Positions 39,793-62,585 of a stretch of 64,000 bases of DNA are shown here, one piece after another. Within the stretch, counting starts at the first letter, position 1. Each line of letters starts with the position of its first letter. The stretch is taken from contig CM119264.1 in NCBI GenBank assembly GCA_051294375.1, positions 18,917,590-18,981,589 on the forward strand, written 5' to 3'. Below the pieces are notes generated by a model. It was not told the origin of the DNA. It did no database searches and worked only from the letters and a program-made list of their open reading frames with translations. The stretch is from Paraspadella gotoi (lineage: Eukaryota > Animalia > Chaetognatha). Position numbers and translations under genes: made by a program.

Positions 39793-40815
39793 TTCCGCCT
39801 ATTATCTTATAACATAAAAATGGCAGCTCCAAATCGAGGAGATTAACTAAAAGAATTTCAAGCTCAAGGTTATGAGCACGAAGTACGAAAAAAAAAACTA
39901 AAAAAGTATTTTTAACGGTTAGAAGTGAAGTAAACTTCCAATTTCCAATACATCAGTAATGCATTATCATGTACAACTAGTATTCAATATTTGATCATTT
40001 TAAGTTAAAAATTTATGTGACCGAAGACTAACTCTAAAGCTGAGGCGAGTAAGGTAAGGTCGTGTTTGTTTCTGCCCACGGTAACAAAATAGTTTGCACG
40101 CCAGTCTTTGCCTTCGTCAGGGAGTTATTAGGCCAGGATCGAGCATCTTAACAATTCGGTTACGTCACGAAAGCATTGAATGTAATTGGCTTTTGTTTTT
40201 TAAATTCGATGTAAAGAAATAATGTTAAGAAATATAAAGTTATATTATAAAGTTTATTTATTATATAATATTGAAAAATACGAATATGATAACTATAACT
40301 TGAATTTAAAAAAGATGTTACTTCTCTTTCTCTTTTTTTTCTTATCAGCGAGTCTCATTCAATTGGCCTATTCCCCAAATCTCTCATTCAGTCACTCATT
40401 GCCATTGGTTAAAATAACCCGCCACCCCGCGAAAAAAACGTTTTCATTTCAATTCAAGGGTTTTTCTACTGGAGCACATAAAATCCTTTCTGATATTATT
40501 GAAAATTAAATTTTTTGTGAAACAAATCTTTTATCACTTACAAAATTGTAAAATTATAAAAGAATAAACTTCTTAAACTTGAAGTTAAAAATAAAAATGG
40601 GGGTAAAGCCTTCTTTAAAAATATAAATTTGAACCACGAAATGAGAACAAAGAGATCAATATTTGATCTTTGTCTGTTTAAACCCGTTATAAGTTTAATT
40701 TAAGAAACCTTACCTATTTAAATGATCAAGAACTGAAGTGTTTCATAAGCAACATTCACATTGAATTTAATTCAATTCAATTAGAATTTTCAATTCATCC
40801 AAATTTAATTTAACC

Positions 40816-42836
40816 ATGGATACTCCAAAACTTCGACCCCCAACAATTAGTGGTCACGGCCAGATTCAAATAATTTTTGGGCCAATGTTTTCGGGTAATT
40901 TTTATTTTATGAATTTTTTTTCCTGTGCTACTTTCTCTTAATGCTTAAAGTTAAAAAACTTCTCTCGTCTACACCTTCACCTTCTTTTCACCTCAGTAAG
41001 TCCCTAACGGTTTTCTCGTAGGAAAAACTACCGAGCTTATACGAAGATTGAAGCGGTATCAAATTGCCAATCACAAGTGTCTCATTATCAAATATGCCAA
41101 AGATGATCGTTATGACAAGGAAGGGATCTCAACACATGACAAGCAAACATTGGCGGCGACCTCTACTTTAGAGCTGAACTCCTTGAAGGTAAAAACTTAA
41201 AAAAAACTAAAAAAAATTTTTTTTCTTTGAAAATTTCAACCCAGGCCATGACGAAAAGTTTCACGGTTGTCGGTATCGACGAAGGACAGTTTTTCCCAGA
41301 CGTCGTTCCCTTCGCCGAACAGATGGCTGACAAGGGGAAAATCGTCATCGTCGCCGCGTTAGACGGTGATTTTCAGCGTCGAGGCTTTGGTGACATTCTC
41401 AACCTCGTCCCCCTTGCTGAATCCATCGTCAAACTCAACGCTGTCTGTATGATGTGTTTTCAGGTTTGCAGTCTACTTTTCTTTCTTTCTTTCTTTCTTT
41501 CTTTCTCTCTCTTTCTTTCTTTATTTCTCTCTCTCTTTCTTTCTTTCTTTCTCTATTTATTTATTTCTCTCTTTTTCTTTTTTTTCTTCTAAAAATCATT
41601 TTAATTCCTGTTCAAGCAAAAGAGGACACTTTAATCTTAAATTTCGCGCATTTTATGTATGTAGTTAAAAATAGAAAATATAGATTTTTAAATAGAGAAT
41701 CCATTTGTGTGAGTTAAAAGAAAATCGGTCCAGCCATTTCGGAGCTTAGGACCCAAAATACAAGTGGTCAAAAACAAAATGGAGGAAAAAAATATTTTAA
41801 AAAATCTGCAGTCAACTTAGGATACTGTTCAGCTTTAATTAGGGCCAATCTTTGTCAATAGTGTCGGTCAGAAGTTTGAATTGGGAACCTTCCCAAATGA
41901 AACATACATTTCTAGGAAAACTTTTTTTTACCAAAATTGACTAAATGGTTAAAAGCACTAGTAATAATTTATTTAAATAAAAAATTTTTAAAAAAATAAT
42001 TTTTTTTTTACTTTTTTATTTTTAAAAGCGGATTCAGATGGCTTATGAACATTGAACAGTATAATTCTTTTTTCAATATTTTGATGATAAGTGGGTCAAA
42101 ATTAGGAAAAACTTTAAAAATCATCATCATTATCATCATCCGATGATTTTAGCAGTTTTTTATAATTTTCAGTAATAAAACATCAAAATTTTAAAAAGAT
42201 AAATTTCCCCCCCAAAATTTGTGACATTATATAGCAATATAATAATTTTAATTAGCGAATTACTCATGGTTCGGAACATTTTTTCAAAAAACTATTTTAA
42301 CACAATAAAAATACCAATAATGGATTTGTTTAATGCTGTTCCCATTAAAATTTTTAAAGTCTGAAATAAAGAGGCGCGATTTTTTTTGCTCAATAATAAT
42401 TTCAATCAAAATTCATAGGAAGCTTCATTTACTAAACGCAAAGGGTCCGAAACTGCTGTCGAGGTTATCGGTGGACAGGACAAATATCTTGCCACCTGTC
42501 GCGCTTGTTATCAAAAATCTCCGACCAAAGCTGATACTCAAAGCGTCACCCATGATGATAATCATTTGACTCCGATTCAACAAAATGTTAATAGAACAGC
42601 GGCATCGCCTTCTGGCAAAACCGGCAAAAAATCCCCCTTGAAACACCTGCATATTTCAGGCGGTGAGATAAAAAGATATAAATCAAACATAAAAATGGGG
42701 GAAAAAAAAATTTGGAAACAATCATTTTATTCTCCATCATTGCATGTATGATGTACTTACTATAGGCAAAGAAAACGGCCTCTCCGAATCCTTGGATTCA
42801 AGAGTTTCTAACGGCGTCAAGAAACTGATGTTGTAA
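40816..42836 (+). CDS. TK1: Cytosolic thymidine kinase 1. Exons 40816-40894, 41022-41188, 41245-41463, 42419-42662, 42766-42836
   Basis: P-loop [29 protein letters not shown], zinc CMMC...CRAC, EVIGG.DKY, C-terminal KEN box. Confidence 0.95.
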
Positions 42837-45177
42837 ACAGCAAAGGTTTCAATCAAATTATAAAAACCGTGGCTCTATCCCATTGCCAAGCCGCTATTTC
42901 GCGGTGCTTCGTTTTAAACTCGATTTTGCTTCTTGAATCTTCTTTTAATCTTTACTTATTTAGTTATTAGTATTTTTATCTGTAACTCAGATAGTTTACT
43001 ACGTCATTATTTGGTGAAACGTTTTATTGAAACGATATATATTTTTTTTCACAAATCACTTTGGAGTGTGGACTCAGTACTAGTTCATTTCATTTTTGTC
43101 GAAATAAAAACCATATTATCATTTATGATTGTCCCGTTTTTGATTAATTGCTAATCAAATCTAATCGCTAATGAGTAGTGTAATGATATTTATCATAATA
43201 GAATAACGTTAGTTTAGTTTTTAGCCATGTTTACAACAGTTATATATCCATAGCATTCAATAAATGGAGATAATTCTATAAAGAAGTTAATCTAAACTTT
43301 AGACTAAAGACTAATTGTTTACCGATGGATATTTTTTACTTATTCAGGTATTGTTTATTTGATTTATGTCGTTAGATTCGCGAGTCATATTTATATTTAA
43401 AAGTACGTGTTCGAGTGTGTCCTAATCTCGGTTGGCGTCCCCCTTCTTTTGTGCAATATAATACAGAAGTCTTCATATTAGGAAATTCTCTCCTCGTTTT
43501 TCTGATCAAGAATCGTTTCTGACCAAATCACTGGACCAAATTCTATATGATTTTGAATTCAGTATCCCAATGGCCATACTAATGGGAGTAATGGGACTAT
43601 CGAGGTGATTTTCAATATTTTACCCCTGAGCTAAAATACAGGGCCTTGGGAGGGGCAAAAAATGACCATTTTTTTCTCTTTAAAGATTGCATTTATGTAT
43701 TAACTTTGTAGAAATACCACTTTAGAACTAATTTTCATCAATTTAAATTGATTTTTCTTCCTTTAAACTTGCTTAGTCCATCATTTTAAATCTAAATTTT
43801 GCTCTCCACTTAAATGCTGACATGAACCTCTTTCAATTTAGAAAAATTTTAAAAAAATTTTACCCCATTTTTTGCCCGTCTCGGCTGACCCATGAGGGGC
43901 CCATATCTCAGCCCATAGTACATTGTTCACAGTGGATTTCACCGTGGTCGACCATGCCTTCCCTTGTTTTACTGACAATGTCAATGATTGTCGTCTACGC
44001 GTTAGTCGGTTAGAGGGTATCGTGCTTATCAAGCTAGGCCTGCGCCCGCCGGCATCATCCACAACATTGCCCCACTAACATCGGCAACTAAGTAATACTT
44101 TATTCTTTTCTCCATTTATATTGATTATTAACTATCGCTTAATATAAAATAAAAAGCATATTAAGAATGAGCTCTTTAGTACAGGGTTTAGGAAACTTAT
44201 TTTGACCGAAGATGGCGATTAAACTTTTGTTCGTTTTTGTTTTTGTTTTTTTTGTCATGCTCTGAGAAATTTTCGCTATTGAAATTTTTAAAAGTTAAAG
44301 GACTTACCTTGAACTTTGATTACAAGAATTTTTTCGCAGCGCGTATTTATTCCTTTTTTGTTTTTGAGCTGAACCTAATGAAGCAATTAAAATGTGTTGG
44401 GCATAATTTAGCTTTCGCCGACTGGAACCTACCCAGTCGGTTATTTTTTTACTCTTGATTAGTCTTGATTGAAAGCTTGCTGGCACCTGTTATGTCATAC
44501 CACCAAAGCCTGTCCAAAGTCAAGGGCAAGATAGCTTATGAATGGATAATTTTTATATTAGTTGTACCAATTTCATAAAATACAGCTCCTTGTATTTTGA
44601 TGCTGGGTGGAGTACAATATAGTATTCCCCGATCTAATACTTAGGGAGTGGTCTTTTCATACAATTGAAACATTCTTTAAAAAATTATACCACTTCATTG
44701 ATAGGGAAGCCTGGTACTCTGGTAATGAATAAACGAGACTGAGTCTTGATTGAAAGCTTGCATGGACCTGCTATGTCATTATCTTATAAGAATGATGAGG
44801 GCTTAAACCACCAAAGCCTGTCCAAAGTCAGGGGCAAGATAGCTTATTTAATAAATGAATGGAGAATTTTTATATTGGTTGTACCAATTTCATAGTAATA
44901 TTGTAATTTTGATAGCAACAATAAAAGCATTAAAATCGAACATTTTTAAAAAATTCTTTTTTTACCTGAACCCCCGCCCCTATTGAATTTACTATCATAG
45001 TAGATTTCTACCCTAACCAGCTCTGGTTATTTCAAAATTTGTTAATCTGCCCATAAATTCAATTTACCTAGAAAGTGTGGCATGGAATCTCCATTATTTT
45101 GGTTTTCGTTGTCATATCTGGTTTTAAAAAAAATGTTGTGACCTTCCTTGTTAATTCGCAAGTTATAAAATTAGTAA

Positions 45178-53610
<8,433 letters not shown>

Positions 53611-54319
53611 TAAAATATTTTGGGAGACAAAACCGTTACAAAAGCAATGTTTTCTTGATCACGTTTGTACTATATATAGTATCTGAAAAAATAATTTTAA
53701 GAAAATTCATTCATTATAATGATTATTACTTTCCGTTTCTTTGACACGCGATATTTTTTTTTTTAAATTGGCGATTTCTTTGGTAAGTTATGAAAAGGAT
53801 CGTTAATCGTCTGAAAATGTCACCTCTCACTCATGTGCCAAAAAAATAAATGGCCTGACAATTCCTACCCGAGGTGAGTCGTATCTGTTTTTTGACTTTC
53901 CAACGTTCGTACATTTATTACGGACGAAACTCTTCGGAAATATCTAACTTTTTAGAAATTAAGTAACAACAATTGGAACGTATGAACAAAATTATAATCG
54001 ATAAAATTCCTTTGAAACTTGTTTACAAAACTCGGCAAGAACCTTTGTTCATGTTGCTACATGACAACGCACTTGCCACTTTACGTCCTCATTTACTCCT
54101 CCTACAATCTCAAATCCGACCCTTGCTTCAGACCCAATTCGAGTGTCATTCTCGTGATTTTATTCATTGTTCTTCCACGGATCATCGATCGTCGTCTGCT
54201 TCGCTCAAAGATTTCGTTGGCGTTTGTAAAAATCGGGATTTTTCTCCAACTTTGGACCTTTTGTTGTCTCGTCTTTTTCATTTTCGTCATTTTCTAGTTC
54301 TCATTTATCGGGCAAGTTT

Positions 54320-54429
<110 letters not shown>

Positions 54430-54924
54430 GCAAAATTAGTTAAGAAAAAGTTGTTCTCGTGTTGCACCTGAGGAGCTAAAAGGTTTCCATCTGACAGATT
54501 CCCGGATAAGATGGCCGATTGAAAGCCAACCCCCTAATTTCCGTTCCCAGTTCGTTTTCTTCTTTCCTCTCGTTTAAGCACTCGCGGATTTTCACGACCG
54601 CTGCCCTAATCCTTTCTTCCGCCGCATCGTGGCTGCCTCAGGAATTCCGACGTCCTTGCAGAGATACTATGTCAGCATGGTCGTTTGTCGGTTGTCGATC
54701 GAGCACTGAGATGGCAGAACGTAAGAAGGACGAAACCGTGTGAAAGAGGAATGAGAAGAAGAAGAAGAAGATGAAAAGAGAAATAAAAAAAAACCAAGAA
54801 AAGGAGCAACGAAAGAAATCAATTTCGTATTCCGAGACCCATTAACGGAGGGATGGGGGCGGATTGCAATTAGCGCCTAGCGTGATCAACAACACCTAAG
54901 CATGAATTTGATTCATGACAAAGA

Positions 54925-54983
<59 letters not shown>

Positions 54984-55859
54984 ATGCATTGATCCAGAGA
55001 CCTTGAGGTGAAAAGCAACTTATCGCTGGTAAACAGTTATTTTTTTCTCGGAGGAAAAGTGAAAATAAACAAATGAAAAGGTTGAGTCTGTACGGCGGTC
55101 ACGAATAAATCAGTCGAAAAATAAATGCAACACATTGATCTTCAGCTTTTATTTTTCCTCATCGGTGAATGTGTTTAACGTCAGATTTATAAATCAAACA
55201 GTATCGCATGATATGTATACTTACATAAAATCATTCCAATCTTAAAATTTCTTTATACACCTTAGCTTTTCTCTCATTAGTACGTTATTTTCTATCTTCC
55301 TTTCTTCCTTCCTTGCTTTCGTTCTCTTATCATATTATGATTCTAAATCAGTGACATAAAAAATATATATTTCCTTGGTAGTAATTTTAAGCATTTTGCC
55401 GTCATTATCGTCGCAGTCAATACGTCGGGAAAGAAAAGACAGAAAGCAATTCCAATCTCGTCAAAATAAGCAAAGGCCAACCCAAAACATCTCGGAGCTC
55501 TCGCTCTGTGACCTCGTTGCAATAACGGTATGATTATTTTTCAGGGAGTGGATGACGGAAAGGGGGAAGAGAGGCAGGATGAAAAGGTGAGATATAAATA
55601 AAAAACGATTGATTCAAGTATAATCGTCCAAGAAGAGAGAAAATGAGAAAAAGTGAGAGAGAGAGAGAGAGAGAGAGATCCTTGGTTCAGTAACGATATA
55701 TGTACGTTTTGGCGAGTTAAACAAAAAGACAACCTAACAACCGTTTGAATTTATAATATTACCTTTAACAGAGCGATATAACGGTTATGTTTTTTTTTGT
55801 TTCGATGGAACGATTTTGGGAACTTCACTGATATAAAAAAAATTTTAGAAGGATGTAAT

Positions 55860-55916
<57 letters not shown>

Positions 55917-57828
55917 GTCTCTTACTCTCTCTCTCATCTCTCTCTCTGGCCTTTTGGGTAGATTCCAACCGAGTTAGGAACCATTTCTCTCTCTCTTCCC
56001 TCATTGGTTATGATGCCTTAGGGATAGAGACTATTCGATGCGGTTTTTCAGATGCCTTTATTGCGTTTTTAATGTTATTGACGAAAAACTAAATTCTTTT
56101 CACTTTTTTTAATCGCTAAATTTTTTAGGTGTTCACTACGATTGTAACAATTTTCTAGTTATTTTTTTAATTAATTCCCCTTTGCAATTACGTTTCCCTG
56201 TGAGTTATTCTTTCTGTGGTCTGCCTGTCTTTTTGTCCCTTTAAATTTACTCCCTCTTTTTTTGGTCAGTTTTACTCCTTTCCTCAATTTAACTCACTCT
56301 CACTCTACTATGCTCTTCTTTTTCTTGATCTTTCTCCCGCTTTCTACCCGAGCTTTTCCTCAAAAGGATTTAAAGCAGTAAGAAGCTCTTACGCAAGAGC
56401 AAACGGATACTTTCCGGGTGATTTAGCTGACACAAGTTTGACAGGACTAATAAGAAAGGGAAAAAAAGATAGAGATGGAGAAAGCGTATAAAAAAATTTG
56501 TCCGGTTTGTTAAAATAAAAAAAACGGGAAAACCAAAAATAGGGCTACAATTGCAACTCATGGGGTTCTCTGGCTATAAGATTATAATTAAATTAACGGT
56601 TGATAATACTCGTTTTGTTCTTTCTTCAATAATTATGTATGTTTAATGTTATTCGTCACATAAGAAACTAAAACTTAGTGATTTTTACATTTTTACATCT
56701 GGACGTCAGATCGACAATGTCCATAACGAAGAAAATAAAAAAATTTATAGAAGCTTGAACGAAAAAAATGACAGCAAGAACGACTGATGCCTCATCCAGT
56801 CTCGCCTCTCTCATAGTCGACTTGTTTATATTCTTATCTGACAAGAGATGATCCGCTCAACTTTCGCGTCCCGCAATCGACCGAGAAATTGGAGACAATG
56901 GCGTCGAAAGAAGGGGGGGGGGAATCAACGGATATTGGTTGAGAGAGAAAGGAGAGGATTAGAGGGGAGGATGGTGGATGAGAAAGGCGGGAAGATTTAA
57001 AGAGAAAAAATGATAAGAGAAAAAAGTGTGAATAAGAAGAGAAAGGGAAGGAGCGAGTAGGCGAATATTTCCATTAGGTCCGAGGTGGATGGGAAGCAAA
57101 GGAAAAGGAAAAGGGAAAGGAATTGAAAAAGAAAAGCAAAACATTTTGAAGGAAATGAACAAAGAGAAAAACGGATAGAAGGGAGAATTTAAGACTTTAA
57201 AGACAGAAAGGAAAGATCGACTGAGTTGGAAGTTACGTTGGGTTTGATGCGTTTTCTTCTGGAAAATTAGAATTCAAAAGCAACTTCTGTCTGTTCTGAA
57301 AATAAATTTGAAATATATTCGTGATGCCTGAGGAAAGAACATCGAAGTGCTCAAGTAAAGAGTAAAAATAACTTCAAATGCGGAAGGAAATTAAAAAAAA
57401 TACTGCTCTGTTGGGGCTTAGTGTGGCGGAAGAAATGAATGTCATATGTTAAAGCTAGGGGTGCAGGGGAAACGAGTTGGAACGATTCGGCGACTCAAAC
57501 CCCCAGAGACCGATTCCCTCGTATGAGAGTCGCGCTGCGGGTTTTTCCATATCCTCATCCTTTTTTGGTCTTTTGGGCGCAACTTTGTTCAAGGGGAGGG
57601 AGAAATAAAAGGAGAAAGAAAAAAACAACAATGATATTACTCTGTTTTTTTTTAGTCCGGACGACAGTTTGATTGATTGCTTGTAAAAAAAGGGGCGCAA
57701 ACAAGCGATTCACAATCCAAATCCTTAATTCATATAAAAACGGGTCTAATGTGGGGCTCGCTTTTTTCGCGGTCGAACGGTTGCAGGCAGCAGTCGGCCT
57801 ACGAATTTCGTTAAAGAGAAAGAGGAAG

Positions 57829-57865
<37 letters not shown>

Positions 57866-58780
57866 GATTCGAATTTGACGCCGAAGATTGAGGTTAATGA
57901 ACTGTGCGTCTGTGAAGGAAGGTGACGGCTGGAAGGAAGGATGATGGAGATTGGAGTGGATTGTGGAAAGTGGAATGTGGAAGGAAAGATAAGGAAGAGC
58001 TGACTGACTAGTGACTACTGCTTGAATGAGGTAAGAAAGAATAAAATTGGAATTGGGGCCAACTTTTAAGCAGCTTATAGTTTTTGCGATCGATTTTGAT
58101 AATTTATAGTCTAATAAAACCGTCGATTTTTTGGGATAAATTTGAAAAGATGGCAAAAAAATGAAAAGTCATAGAAATTGTAAATTGAACTAAACAGATG
58201 ATCTTTTTCCGATAAAACCAATTTTCGTCTGATTGTCGCCACCTGAGGCCCGACTCTATTGCGTAAGGTATGATGTTTAGCTTCATGCCTCAGGTGGCGC
58301 CTCTCTCGATATCATTTTTAGCGCTTAGATTCTCTCGCTCTGCACTTTGTCGCTTTTTGTTCTTTTTCTATCGTTAAGCAATGCAGTTAAACATATAACC
58401 CACGCTTCTTTACTCTTTAGTCCTTTTTTCCCCGCTGCTTCCAGCGCTTGCGCCGCTTTCCAATTCCTCAAAGCTTTTTGCTCGATTTTCAGGATTTTGG
58501 GCGCAGAATTCGTCGCGACTTTCAATGCTTTTGTACATGTAACATATACTTGGTGAGGTTGGCAATGCCACGTCCCGCTTTCCGCTCAATACATCCGATT
58601 CAGAGGACGGGCGTTGCGTCCGACAAAAACAGAGAATCGGCTTCCGACTCGCCGCCGACGAAGAAATGCTTTTGACGTGAAAAAGGGAAAACAAATTAAA
58701 TGTGTCGAGTCTCCCCGCGACTGCCGATTCATCACAACTCACTCCGTTTTATTTTCCCGCTAGTTGCGAACGATTGTTTA

Positions 58781-59026
58781 ATAAGGCGGGCCAAAATTTA
58801 TCACTTTTTATCATTAGGAGTTCTGTAATACAAAATTCATTTACTGTCACTTTTTTAACTAGTGAACCTTGAGCCCATAAATAACTGTTTACACTAAGTA
58901 TAATTCGTTTTTTAATATTTCGATACAAATTTTGAATTAAAATTGATTCTTTGACACTAAAATCTAATTTTTTTAAATATTTCGTTATCTCTTAGAACTC
59001 TTAGTTTTTAACTTGTTCCGCCTTAT
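58781..59026. mobile_element. Short MITE-like element
   Basis: ATAAGGCGG...CCGCCTTAT termini flanked by a TGTTTA direct repeat; a similar end occurs at ~640-672. Confidence 0.45.
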
Positions 59027-62000
59027 TGTTTAACAAGAGGGGGTCTTTGATTATCGCATACCTTTTCTGTGAGGGCTTTGTGATATTTCTTCTTTAGTTA
59101 AGTGAATGTCTTTTTCGAAATTATTAACGAATACTTAAATTTTAAACAGCAAAGTTGATCATTATTTGATGTGTTTCATAAGTGAGTAGGGTGAGGACTA
59201 ATTAAAAGTTGTATTATTCTTTCAACAGTTGACCCTATTAGTCTCTGATTACATTCCCTGTTGGGTTTATTATCTAATTCTTATTCCAGAGTTTTTTTTA
59301 TTGTTTCCGATTCATTCATTTCTGTCCGACTCCAGGGACGCGACGGTGACGGGACCGAGGTTATGACGTCGACTCAGACGTCGCAAGATGACGTATTTTA
59401 CCACTTTACAAACGTCGCCTCACTCCCAACAATCGGAGAGGAAGAGAAGTAGCAATGAAAGGACGGAATGACGGAAGAAGGGAAGGAAGAAAATTATGAA
59501 GTGAGAAAACAAAGGATGGAAATTTGAAAGTATCATCTCTCGCATTGAACTTTAAAGAAGAATAAATATAAAAGTAGGAGTAGCCTGAATTACTGGGTTG
59601 AGTACAAAATTTAATGTGAGTGCCTGCTAACTTTTAATGAAACTTTCAATAGACAAAAATTTTTAATATGACTCAATGCCTGATAATATGACTCTAATAT
59701 GACTGTATACCTAGTAATTAAAATTTTACTATTTATTTAAAGATCGGAAAGGCAAACCTTTTTATTTTTAAAACCAGATTCAGATAGCTTATAAAAAGTT
59801 TTTTCAATATTTTAATGATAAGTTGATCAAAAACAAAGATCCTCATCATTATTTATGATTTTTTAAAATTTTTTCTTTTTTCACTTAGGAAATGTAAAAA
59901 TTTTAACAATTTGCTACTATATCTTATTATATATTTTATTATCAGAATCCAATAAAAAATTTCAAGTTTATAACAAATTAAATTAGAGAGAAATAAATTT
60001 AAAAAAAATATTTTAATACTATAATCAAATCTTACGATCGGCTATGGCTAGTAAACAAAGATGAGCTTCGAATTTACGGATCGAATTCCAATTACGGATA
60101 AAATTCTTATTAATGATCTGATTTTTTTGTGTCACAAGCCAGGTACTCTGGGAGTGAATAAACGATACAGTGAGAGAGTCTTGATTGAAAGCTTGCAGGG
60201 ACCTGTTCATTATCTTGTAAGAGTGATGGAGGCCTTAAACCACCAAATCCTATTCAAAGTCAGGGCCAAGATAGCTTACTTATTAAGATAATTTTTATAT
60301 TGGTTGTACCAATTTCATAGTTAAAAATATTGAGGTACGTACATTCGAAAACATCGGACGCAATTTAAGGAAAAAACGAAACACTCGTCTTTTTTTTTTT
60401 TTTTTTTGTAAACTGTTTATGCTGGAGAGATGAGGAGCTGAGATAAATGATGGCGAGTTGTCATGGGGACGGTGAGAGAGTCGACTTCGTTATGTCTCGC
60501 TTGAGTGGCTTGTCAAGGACAGTTGGTCAACTCGCGTGATGACTCCACGTCTTCTCGTAGATTTCGACAAGGCGCACCTAACGGCTTTGAGTAATGAGCA
60601 TGGCATTCAGGGATTTGGGTATCTCTGAATGGGTGAGGTGTTCCGAGACCGGGGAACTCATAGAAGGAGGAAAGGATGATTTTAATTTTCAATCGTCCTC
60701 TCGGGTTGAAAAAGTGAAAAGGGAGGGAGAATTTTTCGTGACCAAAAAAATTGAAAGGAAAAAGTAAATAATTCATGTTTATGACTCAACTGAGGGGGAA
60801 AAAATACACAAGAGAGATGCGAATATGGGCCCAAAAGGGTTGCGGTTCCCACCCCCAGAAAAAAAAGTAAAAAAAAAATTTAAAAAAGGTTTGAAAGGCA
60901 CAGATGTTTAGAGGAGTTTTAACGTGAGACTTAAACTTCGTGGTTTATACTATGAGTCACATATGAGGAGATATACGTAACTATGATGTAATACATAGTT
61001 GTATGTTCAATTCTTTTAAAAAACACTTTATTGTCAGCTTCGTTAATACAATTTTACTCAAAAAAAAAGGGAATATGTTGTATAGTCCCTCAGTAAATAT
61101 TTTCGTGGGTGTACAAACATCGATAATGAGAGGAAGAGTGGCCGTTTTGTAGGAAGACACGCAGCGATTATACTACATCGCACAACTAAGTTCACAATCT
61201 CTACCTGTTCTCGCCTTCAGCGATCGGACGAGGGTTGAAAGATGCATTTGCATGTGAATGAGTGAAAGAATAACAAATAAAGAATAAAAAAATAAATTCG
61301 TCCCGAGGGGAAAAAAGGGGGCGAGGAATCATAGCGGAGATTTTTTTTTCTTTTATCCGGGAAAAAAGGAAATTCTTAATTGCTTCCGTCATCAGCGGCG
61401 GCGAAGCCAAGAGGGCAGAGACCCGATTCACAGGGTGAGGAAAAAAGGTGGGAAATCTAAGAGACCGGAGGGAGAGTTTAGCGGCGTGGGGGTCGGAGGT
61501 GGGGAAAGATCGGCGGAGATTGAATGGACGGTAGGGGGAGATGGTGGCGTGGGGGTAAGGTGGGGAAAAAAAGGGAGTGGTGAAAGAGAGGAGAGGATGG
61601 AAATAAATGTAAATATGAATTAGAAAATGATTTGAAGATGTAATAAGAATAAAATGAAAATCCCTCAATTGTGGAAGCAAGTGGGAAGGAAGTTGAATCG
61701 AACCGAGAGAATGGCAAGGAAGAAGTTCGAAAAAAATTACAAAATACGAAGAACCGTGGTAAATGTGAAAGGCTAAAAATTTCGGAGGAAATGAAAAAAT
61801 ATGAGTTGATGGGTTATGTACTATAGATTGAACAAAAAGTTAGAGGGAGAAGAGAGATGGAAAAATGAGCGGTATAAGGGAAGATAAAATAAAACAAACA
61901 ACACTAAAGATACATAGAGTAAGTGTTAAGTATTTTTGAATTATTTAAAAAAAATTTTTTAACAAAATTTTGTCTTCTAGAAGTTATCTAAAAGTAAAAT

Positions 62001-62467
62001 TGTAACCAATAGACAATCGTTTTTTTCTCATGATGTGTTTTTTGATCCGAAATGCTTTTTCCGAAATTTTTATAATTTTTATTGTTAAATTTTTCATTAG
62101 AAAATTCTGACAAACATCCTTGTAAACTTCGATGTGATGCTGATAACGACCTTGAACTTTTAGATTAACTGTGAGACTAATAAGAAGCGTCTCTCAACTA
62201 TACTTTCTCCTTCCTCCTTCTCTTTCCACTACGATCATTCTTTCCTTTCTACTCTTCCCTTTATTTTTTATTTCTTTCACTTCTTTTCCCTATCTTATTC
62301 CTTTCTTTTTTACCTTCCTCCTTTCTTTTCCTTTACTGTACCTTCTTTCCCTTTTTCTTTCCTGGGAATTTGTCTCTTTGAAAAAAAAAAACTTTCTCCG
62401 TTGAATGACCGACGCTGAGTGGCTCGCCCGTTTCTGTCGTTTCCATGGCGACGAGGAATTCATTTGT

Positions 62468-62585
<118 letters not shown>

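Noticed and set aside
43838-44090. Possible last exon of the membrane-protein gene
   Set aside because: No acceptor/phase combination joins it to the upstream exon, which has its own stop; left unassigned
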